Sequence record: DRR723986_30199
Reading direction: 5' to 3' (one strand)
Length of the DNA stretch: 33,709 nt
The notes below the pieces were generated by a model. That model ran no database searches. It was not told the DNA's origin and worked only from the letters and a program-made list of their open reading frames with translations. Below, one piece after another: positions 1 to 10,444 of this stretch (the stretch's first letter is position 1; every line of letters starts with the position of its first letter). Position numbers and translations under genes: made by a program.

Positions 1-33
1 ACATGTTCATTCAATAAACCCACGAGTTAGCAG

Positions 34-1638
34 ATGTACGTTAGAAAAAAAATTTTATTAATTACCAGTGGTGATCTACGTTTAGATGCCAATCAAGTAG
101 GCTGGAAATTCCAGGAAAAAATGGAACAGCAGCTTGAAACCACCCTTCATGAATTCGGTTATCAAGTTCTCCGTGGACACAACTATGATTCTTTCAAGAA
201 GCATGGTTTTATTGATTCTCAAAGGATGGGAATTGAAGTTTTTAAATCTCTTGATCCGACATTGCCTATCATAGTAGCTGAAAGTGTTTGGCAGTATACG
301 CACCATGTATTGCCTGGATTAATGACGCATTTGGGCCCGATCTTGACTCTGGCAAACTGGGAAGGAATGTCTTCAGGATTAGTAGGTATGTTGAACCTGA
401 ACGGATCATTAACAAAGGCAGAGGTTACCTATAGTACGCTATGGAGTAATGATTTTCAAGATGATTTTTTTAAGGAAAAATTAGCTGAATGGCTTAAGAC
501 AGGAGTCATCCTACATGATGAGTCGCATGTTCAGTATTTTGATTCAATAGAAATATCAGAAGCAATTAGAGTTTTTGCTAAGGCTTTCGCCCGAGACTTT
601 TTGAAAAATAAAGCCATTATGGGCGTTTTCGATGAAGGGTGTATGGGGATGTTCAATGCTATAGTCCCAGATAAACTATTGAATAAACTCGGGATCTTTA
701 AAGAAAGATTAAGTCAGTCCGCACTTTATGCTGAAATGCTTAATGTAAGTGAGATAGAAGCAGGATCAGTTCTGGACTGGTTGCTAGGCAAAGGGATGAA
801 ATTCGACTGGGGATCCAATCCATTGTCTGAACTCACCAAAGAGCAAACGCTCGAACAGTGCAAAATGTATATCGCTGCACTCAGAATAGCAGATCAGTAT
901 GGTTGCGATACCATAGGTATTCAGTATCAACAAGGATTAAAAGATCTGGTGGCTGCAAGTGATTTGGCAGAGGGTCTATTGAATAACATGGATCGCCCAC
1001 CTGTTTATGACGCAGACGGTAGAGAGCTTTATCCAAAATCAGTATTACCACACTTCAATGAAGTAGACGAGTGTGCCGGTATTGATGCGCTTATAACCAC
1101 TAAGCTTTGGTTAACTCTTGGATTAGATCCAGAAACTACCCTCCATGATATCAGATGGGGTGAGGAATACCTCATCAATGGTGAGCCTGAATTTGTTTGG
1201 GTGTTTTTAATATCGGGAGCAGCACCTCCTGCTCATTTTATTGGAGAATATACAGGAGCAAGTAGTGAGCGTCAACCTCCCATGTATTTTAAAAAAGGAG
1301 GAGGAAGCCTGAAAGGTATAAGCAAGCCTGGTCATATTGTTTGGAGCAGGATTTATATAGACAACGATGAGCTATGCTGTGATTTGGGAGTAGGAGAGGT
1401 TGTTTCCCTGCCAGAGAAGGAAACGCAGAGACGATGGGAAAACACAACCTCTGCTTGGCCTATTATGCATGCAGTATTACCGGGGATTTCCAAGAATCAG
1501 ATGATGGCTAGACACAAGGCAAATCATATTCAAGTAGTGTATGCTGACTCATTAGAATCAGCAAATAATGCAGCTAAGCATAAAGCTGCGGTTTTTAACG
1601 CCCTAGGCGTAAAAACCTTTATATGTGGCGATTTTTAA
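34..1638 (+). CDS. L-fucose/D-arabinose isomerase family protein
   Basis: 534 aa, no signal peptide; GVFDEGCMGM, IGIQYQQGLKD, HFNEVDEC, ETTLHDIRWG and C-terminal MMARHKANHIQV resemble the FucI/AraA-like isomerase superfamily (recognised from memory, no search run). Confidence 0.75.
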   Translation: MYVRKKILLITSGDLRLDANQVGWKFQEKMEQQLETTLHEFGYQVLRGHNYDSFKKHGFIDSQRMGIEVFKSLDPTLPIIVAESVWQYTHHVLPGLMTHLGPILTLANWEGMSSGLVGMLNLNGSLTKAEVTYSTLWSNDFQDDFFKEKLAEWLKTGVILHDESHVQYFDSIEISEAIRVFAKAFARDFLKNKAIMGVFDEGCMGMFNAIVPDKLLNKLGIFKERLSQSALYAEMLNVSEIEAGSVLDWLLGKGMKFDWGSNPLSELTKEQTLEQCKMYIAALRIADQYGCDTIGIQYQQGLKDLVAASDLAEGLLNNMDRPPVYDADGRELYPKSVLPHFNEVDECAGIDALITTKLWLTLGLDPETTLHDIRWGEEYLINGEPEFVWVFLISGAAPPAHFIGEYTGASSERQPPMYFKKGGGSLKGISKPGHIVWSRIYIDNDELCCDLGVGEVVSLPEKETQRRWENTTSAWPIMHAVLPGISKNQMMARHKANHIQVVYADSLESANNAAKHKAAVFNALGVKTFICGDF

Positions 1639-1668
1639 TAATTAACCTAACCCAAAACCCTAAATAAA

Positions 1669-4600
1669 ATGAATGTAAGACTACCTTTTCTTTGGAGGTT
1701 TTCTTTGATTGCGCTAATGCTTTTTGGAGCATTACTTGCGTCAAATCCCTCCTATGCACAGCAACGTACCGTCAAAGGAACGGTAACCACAGGGGATGTT
1801 CCGTTGGGACTTCCAGGTGTTAATGTCTTGCTTAAAGGCACGACTGTAGGAACAGTAACAGATATTGATGGGAATTATTCAATCAATGTCACGGATGGAA
1901 ATAGTGTATTGATCTTTTCAATGATAGGATTTGAAAAGCAAGAAGCCGAAATCGGCTCACGATCTCTCATTGACATTAAATTAAATGAGGATATAAGTGC
2001 ACTGGATGAAGTGGTCGTAGTTGGATATGGGACAGTAAAGAAAAGTGATCTTACTGGTGCAGTGGGAGTATTAAAGAAAGACGATTTTAATGCTGGAGTT
2101 ATAACTTCTGCGGAACAACTGCTTGCTGGAAAAATCCCTGGTGTTCAAGTAGTTCAGAACAGTGCAGAGCCTGGGGGAGCTATTTCTGTAAACATTAGAG
2201 GCGTTGGCTCGGTCAATTCAGGAAATTCGCCTTTATATGTGATTGACGGGTTGCCTATGGATAATAGCCTTGCTGTTTCAGGGTCTGGATCAAATTTTGA
2301 TCAAAAAACTTCCAGGAACCCCTTGGCTTCTTTGAACCCTGGTGACATTGAATCCATTGAAGTTTTAAAAGATGCTTCTTCCACTGCTATATATGGAGCA
2401 AGAGGAGCTAATGGTGTAGTGTTGATTACTACCAAAAAAGGTTCCAAGGGAGGATTGCAAACCAATTATGATTTTTACCTGGGGATTCAAAATGTCGCTA
2501 GGAGGTTGGATGTATTAGACCCAGTTGATTACCAAAGTATACTAAATAACATTATCGATAGCGGAGGTGGATCTGAAGGTGAAAGAGTGGAGGGGATTCA
2601 ACGTAATGGGACCAATTGGCAAGATGAGGTTTATCAGGAAAATGCCCTTGTTCAAAGTCATAACCTATCTTTTACTGGAGGAAATGAGAAAACTCAATTT
2701 TATGCAGGTTTAAATTATTTTGACCAAGATGGGGTTGTTAAAAATTCCTCTTACGAAAGGTTTGGATTTAGGCTCAATCTTGAACATAAAGTATCAGATA
2801 AATTTGTGTTAGGGACAGCGCTAAACAGTACATATACAAAAGATACTTATTTCCCTTCCGGTTTTGGTATTAATGAAGGTGCAGGGGTTTTGTATTCTGC
2901 TTACAACTACGACCCTACTATTAGCCAATTTGAAGATGATGGCTCTTACAACCGTTCTACTTTCATGACGATGGATAGCCCGTTGGCTCTAATTAACGGT
3001 AAAACAAGTACATCCAATAGTTATCGTACATTCGGTACCCTATATATGGAATATTTCCTAAGTAAGGCATTCTCATTTCGAGTAAATCTAGGTGGAGATA
3101 TTAATAGTCAGCAAAGGGATACATATATAGATAGAACAACAATAGATGGCTTTGCAAATGGAGGAATTGCTTCTGTCCTCACTGGAAATCGCAGTAATTA
3201 TCTTGTTGAAGGGTTAATTAATTATAATAAGGTAATTGGTGACCATTCAATAAATGGTGTCATTGGTGCTACTACTCAAAGGTTTATTTCAACAAACTTA
3301 AATGGAACAGCTAGGGCGTTCCCTTCTGATGTTTTAAAAACCAACAATTTAAGTTTAGGAGACCCCCTTTTATATACGTTATCAAACTCTAGGGCTTCCA
3401 ACCAGCTTTTATCGTATTTGGGAAGAGTAAATTATGTATATAAAAATAAATATTTATTAACAGCAAGTCTTAGAGCTGATGGTTCTTCACGATTCGGTAC
3501 TAATAACAGGTTTGGATATTTTCCTTCCGTCGCAGCGGGTTGGAAGATTAATGAAGAAGAATTTTTCTCCAGTATCGAAGAAACTGTAAGTACATTAAAA
3601 TTGAGAGCAAGTTGGGGTAGGACTGGGAACCAGGAAATTGGTAATTATCAAGCAATAACCACGTTTGGAAATGGACCAATTGCTGTAATGGATGATAAGC
3701 AGGTTAAAACACTTGATCCTACAAGAATTGGGAATGAAGATTTAGTGTGGGAAACTACGGAACAATTAAATTTTGGAGTTGACTTTGGGTTTTTTCAGGA
3801 TAGGTTGCAAGGAAGCATTGATTACTATAAGAAAAATACTTTTAATATGCTGCTTAACCTTCCAATCCCTACAGAAACAGGGTTTACCACCCAGACTAGG
3901 AATGTAGGGAGTGTTAAGAATTCAGGATTGGAATTTGGATTAAATTCTACCAATATTAATAGTACCAACTTTAAATGGACCACAAATCTGCTTTTTAATA
4001 CTTTAAAGAATGAAGTTACCGATTTGGGAGGGATTCCAAGAATTGTTACCGGTAGTGCGGGGTTTTCAAACCAAATATCCATTATAGAGGAGGGACTTCC
4101 ACTTAATAGCTTTTATGGATATGAAATCCTAGGTATATGGCAAGAAGGAGATGATTTTTCAACAACTACAGACAATGTTTCTCCTGGAGATTTTAAATAT
4201 CGGGATGTAGATGGAAATGGAGTTGTCAATTCTGAGGATAGAGTGGTTCTAGGGAACTCCTTTCCTAAGTTTATTTGGTCTATCGGTAATACTTTCAGGT
4301 ATAAAGGGTTCGAGTTATATGTATTTTTCGAAGGACAGGATGGTCTTCAAATGTATAATGGAAATCTAGCTGAAACTTATTTTCCAATCAGTTTTAGAAG
4401 AAATAAACTTTCAGAGCCGATTAAAAATAGATGGACTCCAGAAAACCCTTCTACGGTATATCCTTCTTTTGTTAATCCGCTGGGGCAAGGTCAGAAATCT
4501 GTAAACAGCTATACTGTGGAAGATGCCTCCTATGCTCGACTTAACACGGTTCGGATCAGCTATAATTTTAATGTGAATTCAAAAGTTTTTAATTCCGCAA

Positions 4601-4755
4601 AAATTTATGTTACCGGGCAAAATTTAGCTACATGGACAGACTACTCCGGTTTGGATCCTGCTGTTAATCCCAATGGAGGTGCAAATCTTAGAATAGACTT
4701 TAATGCATATCCTATCGCCAGAACTTTTATGGGCGGAGTTATTGTACAATTTTAA
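1669..4755 (+). CDS. susC: SusC/RagA family TonB-dependent transporter
   Basis: Signal peptide, carboxypeptidase-regulatory-like N-domain (GTVTDIDGNYSI), VVVVGYG, plug motif DIESIEVLKDASSTAIYGARGANGVVLITTKKG, LRADGSSRFG, C-terminal Phe. Confidence 0.97.
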   Translation: MNVRLPFLWRFSLIALMLFGALLASNPSYAQQRTVKGTVTTGDVPLGLPGVNVLLKGTTVGTVTDIDGNYSINVTDGNSVLIFSMIGFEKQEAEIGSRSLIDIKLNEDISALDEVVVVGYGTVKKSDLTGAVGVLKKDDFNAGVITSAEQLLAGKIPGVQVVQNSAEPGGAISVNIRGVGSVNSGNSPLYVIDGLPMDNSLAVSGSGSNFDQKTSRNPLASLNPGDIESIEVLKDASSTAIYGARGANGVVLITTKKGSKGGLQTNYDFYLGIQNVARRLDVLDPVDYQSILNNIIDSGGGSEGERVEGIQRNGTNWQDEVYQENALVQSHNLSFTGGNEKTQFYAGLNYFDQDGVVKNSSYERFGFRLNLEHKVSDKFVLGTALNSTYTKDTYFPSGFGINEGAGVLYSAYNYDPTISQFEDDGSYNRSTFMTMDSPLALINGKTSTSNSYRTFGTLYMEYFLSKAFSFRVNLGGDINSQQRDTYIDRTTIDGFANGGIASVLTGNRSNYLVEGLINYNKVIGDHSINGVIGATTQRFISTNLNGTARAFPSDVLKTNNLSLGDPLLYTLSNSRASNQLLSYLGRVNYVYKNKYLLTASLRADGSSRFGTNNRFGYFPSVAAGWKINEEEFFSSIEETVSTLKLRASWGRTGNQEIGNYQAITTFGNGPIAVMDDKQVKTLDPTRIGNEDLVWETTEQLNFGVDFGFFQDRLQGSIDYYKKNTFNMLLNLPIPTETGFTTQTRNVGSVKNSGLEFGLNSTNINSTNFKWTTNLLFNTLKNEVTDLGGIPRIVTGSAGFSNQISIIEEGLPLNSFYGYEILGIWQEGDDFSTTTDNVSPGDFKYRDVDGNGVVNSEDRVVLGNSFPKFIWSIGNTFRYKGFELYVFFEGQDGLQMYNGNLAETYFPISFRRNKLSEPIKNRWTPENPSTVYPSFVNPLGQGQKSVNSYTVEDASYARLNTVRISYNFNVNSKVFNSAKIYVTGQNLATWTDYSGLDPAVNPNGGANLRIDFNAYPIARTFMGGVIVQF

Positions 4756-4767
4756 ATATGGCTTAAT

Positions 4768-6246
4768 ATGAAAATGATAAATATTAAAAATATAATAGCT
4801 GTGATGTTGGTGTTTAATCTGACCTCCTGCATAGACATGCTAGACGAGCCAGTATATTCACAACTCGCTCCTGAAAATCTTCTTACAACGGAAGAAGGTA
4901 TCAAGAATGTACTTTATTCATCGTATGCGCATACGGCGAATATGAGTGGGGCCAGTTCAAAAGCTGTTATAGCTATGGAGGAATGGCAGACAGATCTGAT
5001 GTGGCAAACAGGAGGTGGAGAAAATGGTAATGCAGTTCAGTTTATCAATTATACATTGGATCCGGGAATGGGGCTGCTATTTAGTGATATTTGGAGTCCC
5101 AATTACCGAGCTATTAGGAATGCTAATATTATATTAGAAAATATTGATGATGTGGATATACCAGATCAAAAGAAAAATGAATTTAGCGCAGAAGCTCGTT
5201 TTATCAGAGCCATTAGCTATATAAAACTATATGATTCTTTTGGTCCTGTTCCAATTAGAAGAAGTACCACTGATGAATTGGAAGTTCCTCGACCTTCAGC
5301 TGAGGAAATGTCAGACTTTATAGAAGAAGACCTTTTATTTGGATTGGATCATCTCCCTTTGCCAGGTTCAGAAGAAGAATTTGGAAGAGCAAATAGAGGT
5401 GCCACTTTGGGATTTTTGGTGAAATTCTATTTGCAAGGAAAAGAATGGGAAAAAGTTGTTGAGTATACTGATAAGCTAATATCATTAGGATATTATTCTC
5501 TATATCCCGTGTACCAAGATATGTTCAAAGTTGAGAATGAACGAAACTCAGAGATGATATGGGTGAAACCGGCTTATCCAGACGCAACTAGATCTTCAGC
5601 TAATGATTGGATGAACGGTGCATTTCCGGTTGGTTTTCAAATGGATCCTGTATCAGGACTGGAGTTTCGACCTAACTGGGTAATTTTTGCTTCGGAATAC
5701 AGAATGAGAGATGAGTTTTATAACTCCTTTTCAGAAAATGATAAACGTAAAAATTTAATAATAACTTCATTTATTAACAACGCAGGTGAAACCATACAGT
5801 TGCTTGGAAATGATAATACCCGATCCTTTAAGTATTGGCCTGATCCTAACGCTGTTCAACAGGCACATGGCAATGATATTCCTGTTATACGCTATGCAGA
5901 CATCCTACTTTCAAGAGCGGAAGCGTTAAATGAGATTTCAGGTCCAAATCAGGAAAGTTTAAACTTAATTAATCAAGTTAGAAATAGAGCAGGTCTAAAT
6001 GATTCGGATATATTGTTATCGATGTTCCCTTCCAAAGATTCTTTGCGAGAGCATATTTTAAAGGAACGGGGTTGGGAATTTTATTCAGAAGCGAAAAGAA
6101 GATTGGATATGATTCGAATGGGAGTATTAATTAGTAATGCCCAAAAAAGAGGAATATCCAATGCACAGGATTTTCGTGTTTTACTACCAATTCCACAACA
6201 AGCTATAGATTCTAATCCTATTTTAGTTCAAAATGAAGGATATTAA
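4768..6246 (+). CDS. susD: RagB/SusD family glycan-binding lipoprotein
   Basis: Lipobox NLTSC; EARFIRA, IRYADILLSRAEALNE, ERGWEFYSEAKRRLDMIR, LPIPQ...NP.LVQNEGY; directly follows susC. Confidence 0.96.
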   Translation: MKMINIKNIIAVMLVFNLTSCIDMLDEPVYSQLAPENLLTTEEGIKNVLYSSYAHTANMSGASSKAVIAMEEWQTDLMWQTGGGENGNAVQFINYTLDPGMGLLFSDIWSPNYRAIRNANIILENIDDVDIPDQKKNEFSAEARFIRAISYIKLYDSFGPVPIRRSTTDELEVPRPSAEEMSDFIEEDLLFGLDHLPLPGSEEEFGRANRGATLGFLVKFYLQGKEWEKVVEYTDKLISLGYYSLYPVYQDMFKVENERNSEMIWVKPAYPDATRSSANDWMNGAFPVGFQMDPVSGLEFRPNWVIFASEYRMRDEFYNSFSENDKRKNLIITSFINNAGETIQLLGNDNTRSFKYWPDPNAVQQAHGNDIPVIRYADILLSRAEALNEISGPNQESLNLINQVRNRAGLNDSDILLSMFPSKDSLREHILKERGWEFYSEAKRRLDMIRMGVLISNAQKRGISNAQDFRVLLPIPQQAIDSNPILVQNEGY

Positions 6247-7753
6247 ATTACTTGATAGATTGGGTAAATTAATTCTTCTAACCTTTTGTATCCTTGGCAC
6301 TGTAACATGTGCCAAGGGCAAAAGTGAGCCTATTAAGTATGCAACAGAGAAACCAAATATCCTGCTGATTTATGTAGATGATTTAGGGTATGGGGACATT
6401 TCGGCTTATCCTGGAGCTAGTGGTAGATCGATAGCCGAAACGCCTAACATAGATTTACTGATTAAATCGGGAATGAGCTTTACAAATGCATATTCATCAG
6501 CTCCTTTGTGTTCTCCTGCACGTGCAGCTCTATTAACCGGTAAATCACCTGCTAGACTCGGTTTTGAGTTTGTTACAAAGTTTGAGAAAGATACCCTGGA
6601 TTGGGATGATGAAGAATGGATTGAACTGTTTGAGAATAAAAAGTTAATCTCTCCACCCATTACTTTAAACCTTCCGCTTAATGAGGTTACTGTTGCAGAA
6701 GGCCTTAAGGAATTTGGGTATGAAACTGGAATTGTTGGTAAGTGGCATGTGGCAACACATCACAAAGTATATAAAGGTTGGAGTTTAACCCATGGACCAT
6801 CTCAACAGGGTTTCGATTATGCTAATGAGACTTTTGGAGTCCATCCATACAGTGGAGCCAAATCAACTCCCCAATTAAAAGAGGGAGAATATCCAGAGGA
6901 TTTATTAACCATTGGAGCGGTGGACTTTCTTAAGAAGTCACATAATTCACCGTTTTTTCTGATGGTCAGCCATTATTTTGTTCATACGCCTCATTTACTA
7001 GGTTTACAATGGATTGAAGATAAATATAGAGCAAAGACATTACGTGAGTTAAGTGATGAAGAAGTCCGTTACGCTGCAAACATTGAATTATTGGATCATT
7101 ACGTTGGTCAGGTTTTGCAGGCTTTGGAAAAGGCAGGACATCAGGATAATACCCTGGTAATATTCACCTCTGATAATGGTGGACATCCAGTATATGCCAG
7201 TCATGCTCCTTTTAGAGGAAGTAAATGGAATCTATACGAAGCTGGAATTAGAATACCAATGGTAATTAGCTGGCCAGGGAAAATTAACCCCAACAGTCAA
7301 GTGGATGTACCAGTTATCCAAACTGATTTCTTTCCTACTTTTATGGATTTAGCCGGGGGTAAGGAATTTAAAAGAAACCAGCTAGATGGACAATCAATTC
7401 TTCCCCTGTTGTTGGGTGAAAAATTTAATAGGGAAAAACCTCTTTTATGGTACTTTCCCTATTATCACCCTGAGGGGAAAGCGTATAATAAAGCACTGGA
7501 AAATATTGGTGTGGAGGATGGGGAAATAAGTCAAACACGTCCCCAAGCAGCAATTCGGAAAGGTTCCCTCAAACTAATTTACTTTTTCGACACGGATCTA
7601 GTGGAGTTATATGACCTTAATACTGATCCGGGCGAATTCAATGACCTTAGTTCGATCAGGTCTTGGGAAGCCAAACTAATGAAAGATGATTTGATGCAAC
7701 GTTTGTATTCTTCTCATGCTAGACTCCCTCGTATCAACACTCAAACCCTTTAA
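6233..7753 (+). CDS. Formylglycine-dependent (S1) sulfatase, Cys-type, exported
   Basis: KPNILLIYVDDLG, signature CSPARAALLTG (CxPxR), GKWH, FTSDNGG, LYEAGIRIP; N-terminal hydrophobic signal with Cys; overlaps the susD stop. Confidence 0.95.
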   Translation: MKDIKLLDRLGKLILLTFCILGTVTCAKGKSEPIKYATEKPNILLIYVDDLGYGDISAYPGASGRSIAETPNIDLLIKSGMSFTNAYSSAPLCSPARAALLTGKSPARLGFEFVTKFEKDTLDWDDEEWIELFENKKLISPPITLNLPLNEVTVAEGLKEFGYETGIVGKWHVATHHKVYKGWSLTHGPSQQGFDYANETFGVHPYSGAKSTPQLKEGEYPEDLLTIGAVDFLKKSHNSPFFLMVSHYFVHTPHLLGLQWIEDKYRAKTLRELSDEEVRYAANIELLDHYVGQVLQALEKAGHQDNTLVIFTSDNGGHPVYASHAPFRGSKWNLYEAGIRIPMVISWPGKINPNSQVDVPVIQTDFFPTFMDLAGGKEFKRNQLDGQSILPLLLGEKFNREKPLLWYFPYYHPEGKAYNKALENIGVEDGEISQTRPQAAIRKGSLKLIYFFDTDLVELYDLNTDPGEFNDLSSIRSWEAKLMKDDLMQRLYSSHARLPRINTQTL

Positions 7754-7758
7754 TCAAG

Positions 7759-8934
7759 ATGAAAATTATCACCCTCTTTATATTAATTCTATCTACCAGT
7801 TACGGACTGCGTGCCAGGCAATTTGATAACTCAAAAGTTCCAGGTGTTGTCGTTGCTTATAGCCCAGCTTCTTCGGGCAAGTACATAGGATCTCCTAGTT
7901 TGGCTATTTTACCTAATGGCAATTATGTGGCTTCTCATGATCTTTTTGGACCGGAATCAAATGAGCACAAAAGAGCCACCTCCAAAATTTATTCCTCAAC
8001 GAATAAAGGGAAATCATGGAAGGAAATCGCTGTAATTGATGGAGCCTTTTGGTCTAAACTATTTGTTAATCAAGGTAAACTGTATTTTCTGGGAACCGAT
8101 AGACATCATGGTAATACCTTGATAAGGATGTCAACTGATAATGGAATTACTTGGACAGACCCAGTTGATAGCTCTACTGGTCTGTTATTGGAAGGAGAGT
8201 ATCATTGTGCACCTATGCCAATTATTGAACATAATGGACGGCTATGGAGAGGTATGGAAAGTGCGATGGGACCCATTAAAAAATGGGGTAAAAGATATGG
8301 CGCCTTTATGATGTCCGCTCCAGTTGATGCTGATTTATTGCAAGCCAAGAATTGGACTACTAGTAACATTTTATACTATGACTCAACCTACCTAGAAGGA
8401 AATTTTGGTGGGTGGTTAGAAGGGAACGCAGTAGTGGATAAAGAAGGACAATTATGGGATATCTTACGAGTAGATGATCGCTCGACTCTTGATGAAAAAG
8501 CAGCCAAAGTTGAAATAAGTTCAAATGGAAAAGATGCGAGTTTTAATCCTGCCACAGGATTTATAGATTTTCCTGGTGGAAGTAAAAAATTTACAATTAG
8601 ATATGACGAAAAATCGGAACGCTATTGGACAATTGCAAACGTAATATCTAATGAACTTAAACAGGTGATGAAAGGGGAAAACCCTGCCAAAATCCGAAAT
8701 ACGCAAGCCTTATTTTCATCTCACGATCTCCTTAACTGGGAACAAGAGACAATTCTTTTGCAACACTCGGATGTGGAAAAACATGGGTTTCAATATGTGG
8801 ATTGGGTTTTTGAGGGGAAAAACATCCTATTCCTTTCAAGAACAGCCTATGAAGATGGGGTAGGCGGAGCAAGAAATAACCATGATGCCAATTTCCTGAC
8901 TTTCCATAAAATCAAAAAATTCAGAAAACTTTAA
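7759..8934 (+). CDS. Asp-box (BNR) sialidase-like beta-propeller protein, exported
   Basis: Signal peptide; Asp-box-like SSTNKGKSW, STDNGITW, SSHDLLNW; WLEGN, ILRV and FQYVDW motifs; lacks canonical (F/Y)RIP. Confidence 0.75.
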   Translation: MKIITLFILILSTSYGLRARQFDNSKVPGVVVAYSPASSGKYIGSPSLAILPNGNYVASHDLFGPESNEHKRATSKIYSSTNKGKSWKEIAVIDGAFWSKLFVNQGKLYFLGTDRHHGNTLIRMSTDNGITWTDPVDSSTGLLLEGEYHCAPMPIIEHNGRLWRGMESAMGPIKKWGKRYGAFMMSAPVDADLLQAKNWTTSNILYYDSTYLEGNFGGWLEGNAVVDKEGQLWDILRVDDRSTLDEKAAKVEISSNGKDASFNPATGFIDFPGGSKKFTIRYDEKSERYWTIANVISNELKQVMKGENPAKIRNTQALFSSHDLLNWEQETILLQHSDVEKHGFQYVDWVFEGKNILFLSRTAYEDGVGGARNNHDANFLTFHKIKKFRKL

Positions 8935-8943
8935 TAGAAAGAG

Positions 8944-10434
8944 GTGACTATACCCATGCATATTCCATATCGGTTATTATTGTTAGTCTTTACCTTGATG
9001 TACCCGAGCATCTATAGGTATGTCATGGCTCAATCGAATAAGCCTAATATCCTTTTTATATATACTGACGACCAAGCCTATTGGACTTTGGGTGTATCAG
9101 GGAATGAACAGGCCTATTCCCCAAATCTAGATCGACTTGCATCGCAAGGTGCTTTCTTCGAAAATGCATTTGTGACCACACCTGTTTGTAGCCCATCTAG
9201 GGTCAGCCTGATGACTGGCCAATATGCATCTGAATATGGCGTGTTAGATTTTATAGCCCAGCCCGGTCATAAGCTATATGACCCTGAAAATCCAGTTGGA
9301 CTTGATCCCCAGAGCATCACATTCCCGGAGGTGCTAACTCAAGTAGGTTACACAAACGGATTGGTAGGTAAATGGCATGTGGGTGATTGGACTGAAAAGG
9401 ATTCAGATCAGCGATATCATCCTACCAATCAAGGGTATCACTATTTTATGGGCATTACAGGTGGAGGAGAATCCCCTATAGATCCTATGCTGGAAGAAGA
9501 TGGGGTGGTTAAAAAATTCGATGGGCTGACAGTTGATATTTTGACAGATAGGGCGATGGCATTTTTAGAAAAAAATCAAGACAAACCATTTCTGCTTAGT
9601 GTTCATTATAGGTCTCCTCACGGTAAATGGCTACCTGTGGCTGATCAAGACTGGGATCCATATGAGGATATGGATATGAATGTTCCGCATCCAGATTACC
9701 CGAATCTGGATACGGATAAAGTCAAAACCAAAATGAAAGAGTATATGGCTAGTTCTACTGGAGTTGACCGAAGTGTAGGGAAATTACTTAAGCAGTTAGA
9801 AAACTTAGGCATAGCTGAGAATACGATAGTTATTTTCACTTCCGACCATGGGTATAACATGGGGCATAATGGTATAGAGCATAAGGGGAATGGATACTGG
9901 ATCACTAAACAAGATCATCCAGCAACTGAAAATATTGCTAAAAATTCTCGACCTAATCTTTATGATCAGTCACTTCATGTTCCAGTAATTATTCGCTGGC
10001 CGGGCGTGATCAAACCAGGTACGCGCGTACAGCAGACATTTTCAAACTTGGATTGGTATCCAACTATCTTGGAAATGGTAAGTGCTGATATCCCTAGAGA
10101 CAAAATCCTAAGAGGGAGAAGTGTTGTTCCGATTTTAAAGGGAGAAAAAATTGAAAACTGGGACAATGATCTCTATACTGAATATAGCATGATTAATTAC
10201 AGTACTGCTTTAATGCGCTCTTACCGAACACCTGATTGGAAACTGGTCAAGGATTTCAAAGATCCATCTAGAGATGAGTTATATCACTTGGCAAAAGATC
10301 CGGAAGAACGCGTCAATTTGATCAGTCAAAACACCGCAGACATAAAAGCAATTATCAGTCAATTGACTAAGAATATTTATAATAAAATGGAAGAGAATGG
10401 AGATCCATTATTGGACTCAATAATATACCAGTAA
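8944..10434 (+). CDS. Formylglycine-dependent (S1) sulfatase, Cys-type, exported
   Basis: KPNILFIYTDDQ, CSPSRVSLMTG, GKWH, FTSDHG, ELYHLAKDPEE; the true start may be a slightly downstream ATG rather than the GTG. Confidence 0.95.
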   Translation: MTIPMHIPYRLLLLVFTLMYPSIYRYVMAQSNKPNILFIYTDDQAYWTLGVSGNEQAYSPNLDRLASQGAFFENAFVTTPVCSPSRVSLMTGQYASEYGVLDFIAQPGHKLYDPENPVGLDPQSITFPEVLTQVGYTNGLVGKWHVGDWTEKDSDQRYHPTNQGYHYFMGITGGGESPIDPMLEEDGVVKKFDGLTVDILTDRAMAFLEKNQDKPFLLSVHYRSPHGKWLPVADQDWDPYEDMDMNVPHPDYPNLDTDKVKTKMKEYMASSTGVDRSVGKLLKQLENLGIAENTIVIFTSDHGYNMGHNGIEHKGNGYWITKQDHPATENIAKNSRPNLYDQSLHVPVIIRWPGVIKPGTRVQQTFSNLDWYPTILEMVSADIPRDKILRGRSVVPILKGEKIENWDNDLYTEYSMINYSTALMRSYRTPDWKLVKDFKDPSRDELYHLAKDPEERVNLISQNTADIKAIISQLTKNIYNKMEENGDPLLDSIIYQ

Positions 10435-10444
10435 CCCAAATAAC

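Noticed and set aside
1-30. Possible 3' end of an upstream PUL gene (TCSFNKPTS*)
   Set aside because: Too short to support; it only suggests the operon continues left of the window
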